NCBI GenBank assembly: GCA_044235645.1
Contig: JBIIHQ010000003.1
Span: 64,320 to 128,319, forward strand
Source: Bdellovibrionota bacterium
GTDB taxonomy: Bacteria; Bdellovibrionota_C; UBA2361; OMIW01
DNA: 64,000 nt
Direction of reading: 5' to 3'
Shown: positions 58,521 to 64,000 of the stretch, piece by piece
Layout of the letters: every line of letters starts with the position of its first letter
How positions within the stretch are numbered: the first letter of the stretch is position 1
Notes under the pieces: model-generated
The model's input: the letters and a program-made list of their open reading frames with translations, nothing else
The model's database searches: none
What the model was told of the DNA's origin: nothing
Program-made: the position numbers and the translations under genes

Positions 58521-60896
58521 ATGATATCACCACCCGAGGGTTTGAAGCGAACGGTTCGGAAAGACCTCAAAGCGGCTACCCTTCGTGGGATGGCGCTCTT
58601 TGAAATGGCGCTCGTTCTCCCCATTTTCATTCTTGGCAGCACCGCACTCGTGGATACCGCTGCGCTCCTGCGGACCCGAAATGCTCTCAAAGAGGCCGCC
58701 CAAGCATCGGTCCGGTGCCTCACCACGACCGACTCCCAGTGCGCTCCGATCACAATCACCCCTGAGCGCACTCGGCAGTACCGCTATTTTCTGCCGACTA
58801 TTACCCCAACGGTGTACGGTAATATGACGGAAGTGCCAGCGACTATCGAGGAACGCCGGGCACCGGTCCACCGATTTGAGTTCGATGCTCACATTTTAGG
58901 AACGATCGACACGGCGGAACCTCGGCAGCAATATCAGGTGGTGACCCAGGGTGTGCGCGCGACAAAGGAGGTTCGGTACGTTTCAGAGCACTTTGGCTAC
59001 TTTGTAGACCATGTGAGGGACGCCCAGTTCAGGGTTTTTGTTGGGAGCAATTCGAACATTGAAATCAAGCCCGATATTAGCCTGACGGAGCAAGATAAGT
59101 TCAGGAGTGCGACGGGCCAGACAAGCCTTACGACGGGACAAAGCCTCTCGTTTTCGGTGATAATTCCTCGACCCAAAAGTCTGGAGGGTTTTGGAAAATC
59201 ATCTACCTGTACCACCAGCGAGATTGAGGATGGGCAAAGTTTAAGCCCCTGTCATCTTGTGTACGATAGGGATAAGAATCAGCTCTTTACTTCCGCGATG
59301 TTTGTATTGGAAGGGATAGGACATGGCTCAGCGAGAGGAGACCTTACCTCAGCGAATGTCCTTCTTAGTCTCGAGTTCAACAACGGTGCCCAGATGTTAG
59401 ATCTAGGGGGCCGCACTTTCGGTCTTACCGGAGGGCAGACATCCGCTGACTTCGTTCCTCGGGGTGCACCGACTATCGCGACGAGTGCTGCAGCGAAGGG
59501 TGCTTACCGTGAAATTACCCTTCACGATGCCAAGAAGGTTATTGTTCCTCTCGACAAACCGATCACTTTTCGTTTGCAGTTGGCCGGTGCCGCTGATCAT
59601 CAAAGGGCAGGCACAAACGCCTCCTGGACTCCGACCGGTCTGAAAATCTACCTGCCAACTTTCACTTCTAAGAGGGCAAATCTCCCCTGTCAGGAGAACT
59701 CGTGTGGTGCACTGGCAAAGGGAAATGGCTCATGCACAACATCCCCAAACGTGCCTGGTTCCGTTGACAATCTTTACTACACCGAGCCGATATCATCCAT
59801 CAGGACTGCATGTGTCATCGCGAGCCATGCGCCGCAACCTACCGAGCACATCGAAATCCCGCACACGGGGATTGTCTGCTCCCCCGAGGTCATTGAAACG
59901 GCCCCCACCGTATGCTCCCCCCTCATAACCACTCACACCTGCAATCCCTCGAACACGGGAATCAACCAGCCCATCATCAACGGTAAGGTAACGGCATCGG
60001 TCAATGACCTCCTGGTGGCATGCGATCCAAAGCCAAAGCCGAGTGGATCGCATCTGCTCGACTCTGCCACCGCGACCGTTACCACCAAACGGGTAACCGC
60101 CCCTAATACCACCACCCCCATCACCGCTACGGCCCCAAGAACCACCTGCGCCGCAGCACCCACAATATCCCGCAACAAGTTCCCTGCTGAAGTTCAGAGC
60201 TACGCTGTGGTAACCCCCATCGATCACGGTGCCATCGCAGGTACCTTTGCGGATATCCCTTCTTCGGCCGCCTCTCAACCACAGGATTCGCTCGCGTGCC
60301 TGCCGACCCGTGAGCTCACCAATGATGAGGAACCTAACATCCTGAAGGGTTACGCATTCCTGACAACGCCACACCGCGACCTTGGGTGCGCCCGGCCAAC
60401 GACGCTCGCAGCAGCCAAAGCTCAGGTCGAGCAGGACGCCCGGTATCGGGTAACATTTGGCTCACCACTGGTGACTGGTCGGTTCGCATTTTCCGAAGGT
60501 ACGACTCCCGATAGCTGCACCCCCCACACTGTCAGCACACCGGAAATATCGCCGAAAGACCTCCTCGATCTTGGCGTATTCCCAGAACCATCCATGCCCC
60601 CTCAGTGCACAGCCACGCAATGTATGAGGGAATTTGCCGGCTTTGCCGGAACCTCTGAAACGAATCCACCGAGAGTGAACATTGCCGCCGCGATCGCCGA
60701 GGCGAAAGCCGCCACAAGAGCCTACCTCCCTAATTCCCAGCCAGAGGATCTCCAGATCGAGATAACCCCTTCATCCGCCGACACAGCCACTCCCGTTACC
60801 TATCGAGTGACCACTCAGATGACCGTTCCATTGAGCTTCAATCGAAGCTCAATGGTGGTGCACGTTGCACATGGAAAGCGCGAAGTCGCGGGGTAA
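58521..60896 (+). CDS. Giant TadE-like-domain protein: N-terminal TadE/TadG-type pseudopilin-like segment followed by a ~700-aa Thr/Pro/Ser-rich extracellular region.
   Basis: Start placed at ATG 58521 (MISPPEGLKRTVRKDLKAATLRGMALFEMALVLPIFILGSTALVDTAALL, a TadE-like prepilin-type hydrophobic helix). No vWA motif was found in the large C-terminal part. Confidence 0.5.
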   Translation: MISPPEGLKRTVRKDLKAATLRGMALFEMALVLPIFILGSTALVDTAALLRTRNALKEAAQASVRCLTTTDSQCAPITITPERTRQYRYFLPTITPTVYGNMTEVPATIEERRAPVHRFEFDAHILGTIDTAEPRQQYQVVTQGVRATKEVRYVSEHFGYFVDHVRDAQFRVFVGSNSNIEIKPDISLTEQDKFRSATGQTSLTTGQSLSFSVIIPRPKSLEGFGKSSTCTTSEIEDGQSLSPCHLVYDRDKNQLFTSAMFVLEGIGHGSARGDLTSANVLLSLEFNNGAQMLDLGGRTFGLTGGQTSADFVPRGAPTIATSAAAKGAYREITLHDAKKVIVPLDKPITFRLQLAGAADHQRAGTNASWTPTGLKIYLPTFTSKRANLPCQENSCGALAKGNGSCTTSPNVPGSVDNLYYTEPISSIRTACVIASHAPQPTEHIEIPHTGIVCSPEVIETAPTVCSPLITTHTCNPSNTGINQPIINGKVTASVNDLLVACDPKPKPSGSHLLDSATATVTTKRVTAPNTTTPITATAPRTTCAAAPTISRNKFPAEVQSYAVVTPIDHGAIAGTFADIPSSAASQPQDSLACLPTRELTNDEEPNILKGYAFLTTPHRDLGCARPTTLAAAKAQVEQDARYRVTFGSPLVTGRFAFSEGTTPDSCTPHTVSTPEISPKDLLDLGVFPEPSMPPQCTATQCMREFAGFAGTSETNPPRVNIAAAIAEAKAATRAYLPNSQPEDLQIEITPSSADTATPVTYRVTTQMTVPLSFNRSSMVVHVAHGKREVAG

Positions 60897-61001
60897 TGAA
60901 GGAACGAGGAGCGACAAGGGGGTGACCATTTCCCCAATTTTCGTGTGATGAAAATCAATTGCTATGAGGCTGGTTTTTGTAATCGAAGTTGACTTTCGGA
61001 T

Positions 61002-61688
61002 ATGGGGGTGGATATCCTGTTCGGGTTCACCAGTAGGTTTATGGTCAAGCTCTTCCTGACAGCCTTCCATCAATGGCGCGGAGAAAAATCGATATATCCA
61101 ATAACCTGGGTCGGGTTCTTCTTTAGCTGCCTCACGTTGGGCGGTGGCATGTGTCTCATCATCGGGAGCGTCGCCTTAGTGTGCGAAGCATTAGTGGTGG
61201 CGTTCAACACGATGAACGACCTCCCAAGGGGCTCCTCCTTCTACCCCCTCACGTTTCCCTATTACCTTGTAAGGGAGGCGGTCAGGAGGCTGAACTCCTC
61301 TTTCGCATCCCCCCGTTTTTGCCGAGATTGGGAGCAAGAAACGGCCCCCATCGCAGCTGCGTTGAGGCAGATTGCTTTGGATGCCGAGCCTTGGGTGGGA
61401 CCGCAGAGCGGGGACCTCGTTCGAATTGAGCGGGACACGCGGGGGCTTTTTCGCGAGAGGGCTGAAAGGCTCTTGACCGAGATGAGGGTGGCGACTTCTC
61501 CACGCTCCGCTGGCACCATTCAGGTCCGCGACCTCTGGCACCTGCGCGCTCGAGCCATCGGCCTTGTATGGGCATCAAGTCCCATACGGTTTGATTCGGG
61601 AGTCGCAGGTCTCAGGGGCTTGGACCGCAGTTGGTTCATCGCTCGCCGATTCAATACGGCCATCCGAAGGTTAGGCTGGGTTTGGTGA
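61002..61688 (+). CDS. Hypothetical protein with 2 predicted N-terminal TM helices.
   Basis: ORF with hydrophobic N-terminus (LFLTAFHQW... ; WVGFFFSCLTLGGGMCLIIGSVALV) and an arginine-rich C-terminal part. No motif recognised. Reality uncertain. Confidence 0.3.
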   Translation: MGVDILFGFTSRFMVKLFLTAFHQWRGEKSIYPITWVGFFFSCLTLGGGMCLIIGSVALVCEALVVAFNTMNDLPRGSSFYPLTFPYYLVREAVRRLNSSFASPRFCRDWEQETAPIAAALRQIALDAEPWVGPQSGDLVRIERDTRGLFRERAERLLTEMRVATSPRSAGTIQVRDLWHLRARAIGLVWASSPIRFDSGVAGLRGLDRSWFIARRFNTAIRRLGWVW

Positions 61689-61820
61689 CCATCGGGCCCT
61701 CCTCCATAACACGATGAGCGAGGGCCCCAACTTTCTCACCTTTTATTTTTCCACCCTCATCTCTCCCCACCTCCACTCGACGCGCGCCGTCAGAAACGAT
61801 ATCGTTCCCTCGATATCCCC

Positions 61821-63344
61821 TTGCGCTCACTCTCCATGTCCCCCCTTATCCCCCTCTTCCTTACATCCCGCATGCTCCTGGTGCTCCTCCTCGGCTTCTC
61901 CTCCGGCCTACCCCTCGCGTTAACCGGAGGAACCCTCCAAGCATGGCTGACCGATGCGGGGATTGCATTACCAACCATCAGCCGCTTTGCCCTCGTTGGT
62001 ATCCCATACACCCTCAAATTTCTCTGGGCTCCCCTTCTCGATGAGTGTATGCCACCGTTTTTCGGGAGACGCCGCGGCTGGGGGCTCCTCTGTCAGCTCT
62101 GTCTTATCGGGTCGATACTTGCCCTGGGGATGTGTAATCCCACTGATGGCCTTCCTCTTCTCGCAATCATCACACTCTTTGTCGTCTTTTTCAGCGCGAC
62201 TCAGGACGTCATTCTCGATGCGTTGAGAACCGAGATCCTTCCAGAGTCAGCGTACGGGGTTGGTGCGGGGATGTACGTGATGGGGTACCGGATCGCGATG
62301 CTCGTCTCGGGAGCACTCGCGCTCTACCTTGCCGATGCGACCGATGGTCTTGGGCTTCCGTGGGGAACAGTTTACTGGATCATGGCGAGTTTCCTTCTCA
62401 TCGGGGTAGGTGCTATCGCGCTCGCCCCAGAGCCAGCTATTCCTGAACACCCATCTTCGCCCGACACCGCCGACCCCAAACGAGTGGTCACGCCCCGGCT
62501 ATCGCTCCGAGAGCGGATGGTACTCCCCTTTGTCGAGTTCTTTAGCCGCCCTGCGGCGATATCGATAGTCGGTTTTGTAACGGTGTACAAACTGTCGACG
62601 ATGATGGCGACGTCGTTGACGGTAACCTTCCTGATGACTCTGGGGTATTCAAAGACCGAGATTGGAACCGTTACCAAGATCTATGGACTCATCGCAACGA
62701 TCGCGGGTACCCTCGCCGGTGGTGCCTTGATGACGAAGATGACGTTAAAACGGGCGCTCTGGGTGTTCGGAGTCGTTCAATCACTCGCAGGTTTAAGCTT
62801 CCTGCTCCTCACCGCCATGACCCCGAATACCCCGATGCTTATCCTCGTCGTCACCACTGAGAACTTCATGATTGGCCTCGGGGTCGCTGCAATCTCCGCC
62901 TTTATGATGACGATCTGCTCGAAGCAATTCACCGGCAGTCAATTCGCCCTCCTCTCAAGCGTCACCGCAGTCTCGCGGGTCGTCCTCGTCTCACCCGCTG
63001 GGGAACTGGTCGCAGCGTGGGGGTGGTCGGCCTTCTACCTCTTTTCGGTAGCACTCGCCCTTCCCGGCCTGCTCCTGTTGACTCAATTTGATACATGGAT
63101 AGCCCCACCACACGAAGATTCGGCGCACCGCCTCAATTGGGTTGACTATTTAATTATTGGTGGGTTTATCGGCGGGCTCATCCTGATCGCAGTCGGGCCC
63201 CTGGTGGAGGCGACCGGAGTCGAAGTGCTGTCCGCAGCAAACATTGCAAAGGTTGGGGCGGGGGTATTTTGCGGGGCGTTTTTGTTCGGTTTTTTTCGGG
63301 GGTGGCGCGGACAGACGGCTGAAAAGCGGGTGCGGCTCTTATAG
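61821..63344 (+). CDS. ampG: MFS transporter, AmpG family (muropeptide permease).
   Basis: GFSSGLPLALTGGTLQAWLTDAGI...ISRFALVGIPYTLKFLWAPLLD is the AmpG N-terminal signature. 12-14 TM segments. Confidence 0.8.
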   Translation: MRSLSMSPLIPLFLTSRMLLVLLLGFSSGLPLALTGGTLQAWLTDAGIALPTISRFALVGIPYTLKFLWAPLLDECMPPFFGRRRGWGLLCQLCLIGSILALGMCNPTDGLPLLAIITLFVVFFSATQDVILDALRTEILPESAYGVGAGMYVMGYRIAMLVSGALALYLADATDGLGLPWGTVYWIMASFLLIGVGAIALAPEPAIPEHPSSPDTADPKRVVTPRLSLRERMVLPFVEFFSRPAAISIVGFVTVYKLSTMMATSLTVTFLMTLGYSKTEIGTVTKIYGLIATIAGTLAGGALMTKMTLKRALWVFGVVQSLAGLSFLLLTAMTPNTPMLILVVTTENFMIGLGVAAISAFMMTICSKQFTGSQFALLSSVTAVSRVVLVSPAGELVAAWGWSAFYLFSVALALPGLLLLTQFDTWIAPPHEDSAHRLNWVDYLIIGGFIGGLILIAVGPLVEATGVEVLSAANIAKVGAGVFCGAFLFGFFRGWRGQTAEKRVRLL

Positions 63345-63519
63345 ACTCTAAATTATCGCAATAATTTTCCCGGGGAGACCATATCCCTCCTAGATTGCCC
63401 TCGATGCATGGGCATACTCGGCCAACCCTTGATGGACTCCTCCCAAGGGATAGAGGTTACGGGTAGTGGTAACGGGATGAGTTATTGACTGCAACATCCC
63501 AGGGATAGTGGAAATTCCT

Positions 63520-64000
63520 ATGACGACGCCGACTCCAGCTGCAACGGGTACGGGACAATCGAACCCTTCATCCGGAGGTACCACTCCGTCGAGCGGTACC
63601 CTCCCCCCGGCTGCACCTCCCCGCCCGGGAGCGACCCCTTCACCAGCTACCCCCTCAGCCCCAGCTACCGCCTCAGCCACAGGGATACCCTCGCCCGCAA
63701 CACCAGCTCCAACGGCTCCAGCTTCCCCACCCGCGTCCAGTCCTCAGGGCCCCGCACCCTTGGTATTCAAAGGATCATCACTCAAGGTATCAGGGACAGG
63801 GGCCAGGGTCGTTGAAGGAGAGCACGGTGTCGGGCTGTTGACGAGTGGAGATGACAAATACATCGTCCTGTCGTATGGAACGGGAGACAACGTCACCACC
63901 GTCACGGCTAAATTGGGGGAGGATCAGACTTCCTTCAGAATCTTCTCGAAAAGTCCGGAAGGGGTTACCGAACAGACGGTCTCAGCAGAGCAACTCACGA
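63520..64000 (+). CDS. Partial CDS (runs off the window end). Secreted-type protein with a Pro/Thr/Ala-rich low-complexity N-terminal region followed by a beta-rich domain.
   Basis: ATG at 63520 opens a reading frame with no stop to the window end: MTTPTPAATGTGQSNPSSGGTTPSSGTLPPAAPPRPGATPSPATPSAPATASATGIPSPATPAPTAPASPPASSPQGPAPLVFKGSSLKVSGTGARVVEGEHGVGLL... It is missing from the ORF track only because it has no in-window stop. Confidence 0.35.
   Translation, partial: MTTPTPAATGTGQSNPSSGGTTPSSGTLPPAAPPRPGATPSPATPSAPATASATGIPSPATPAPTAPASPPASSPQGPAPLVFKGSSLKVSGTGARVVEGEHGVGLLTSGDDKYIVLSYGTGDNVTTVTAKLGEDQTSFRIFSKSPEGVTEQTVSAEQLT

Noticed and set aside
1-64000. CRISPR arrays, rRNA/tRNA genes, transposases or integrases
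   Set aside because: No regularly spaced direct repeats, no rRNA-like conserved stretches, and no recognisable transposase/integrase motifs were seen by eye. tRNA absence is not certain without a covariance-model scan such as tRNAscan-SE.

Overview
This 64 kb window is a roughly 60% GC Gram-negative chromosome segment, probably proteobacterial: Rho, IF1 and AccA are very E. coli-like, and an OMP beta-barrel, AmpG, a TadE-like protein and a metal ABC importer are present. All calls rest on reading the translations for motifs; no database search was possible.

The right two-thirds is mostly housekeeping, almost all on the minus strand: rpsO-pnp-dut, tgt, queA, infA, accA, miaA-mutL, rho, etfBA, a His-tailed metal ABC importer and ampG. 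Unusual genes are interspersed among these: a PD40/TSP3 surface protein, a REC-PP2C / membrane / RelA-SpoT-like triad, CheV and an MntR-type repressor wedged between queA and tgt, a 1.1k-aa TPM-like coiled-coil membrane protein, and an orphan 790-aa TadE-like protein.

The left third (1-11 kb) looks accessory. It holds an OMP, two convergent DUF4143 AAA+ ATPases, an ANT(2'')-like nucleotidyltransferase and several lipoproteins or membrane proteins (DUF4397, CarboxypepD_reg-like, bPH_2, DUF3833). It is followed by an addB-addA pair.

The most unusual structure lies immediately downstream of addA. A 4-gene minus-strand operon (RHH-like regulator, PspA, NfeD, flotillin) is driven from a promoter containing a 36-bp AT-rich 17-2-17 palindrome. 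That palindrome sits right next to a roughly 300-bp frameshifted remnant that is clearly homologous to the last ~110 codons of the intact addA 4.2 kb away.

No rRNA, convincing tRNA, CRISPR array, transposase or integrase was seen.
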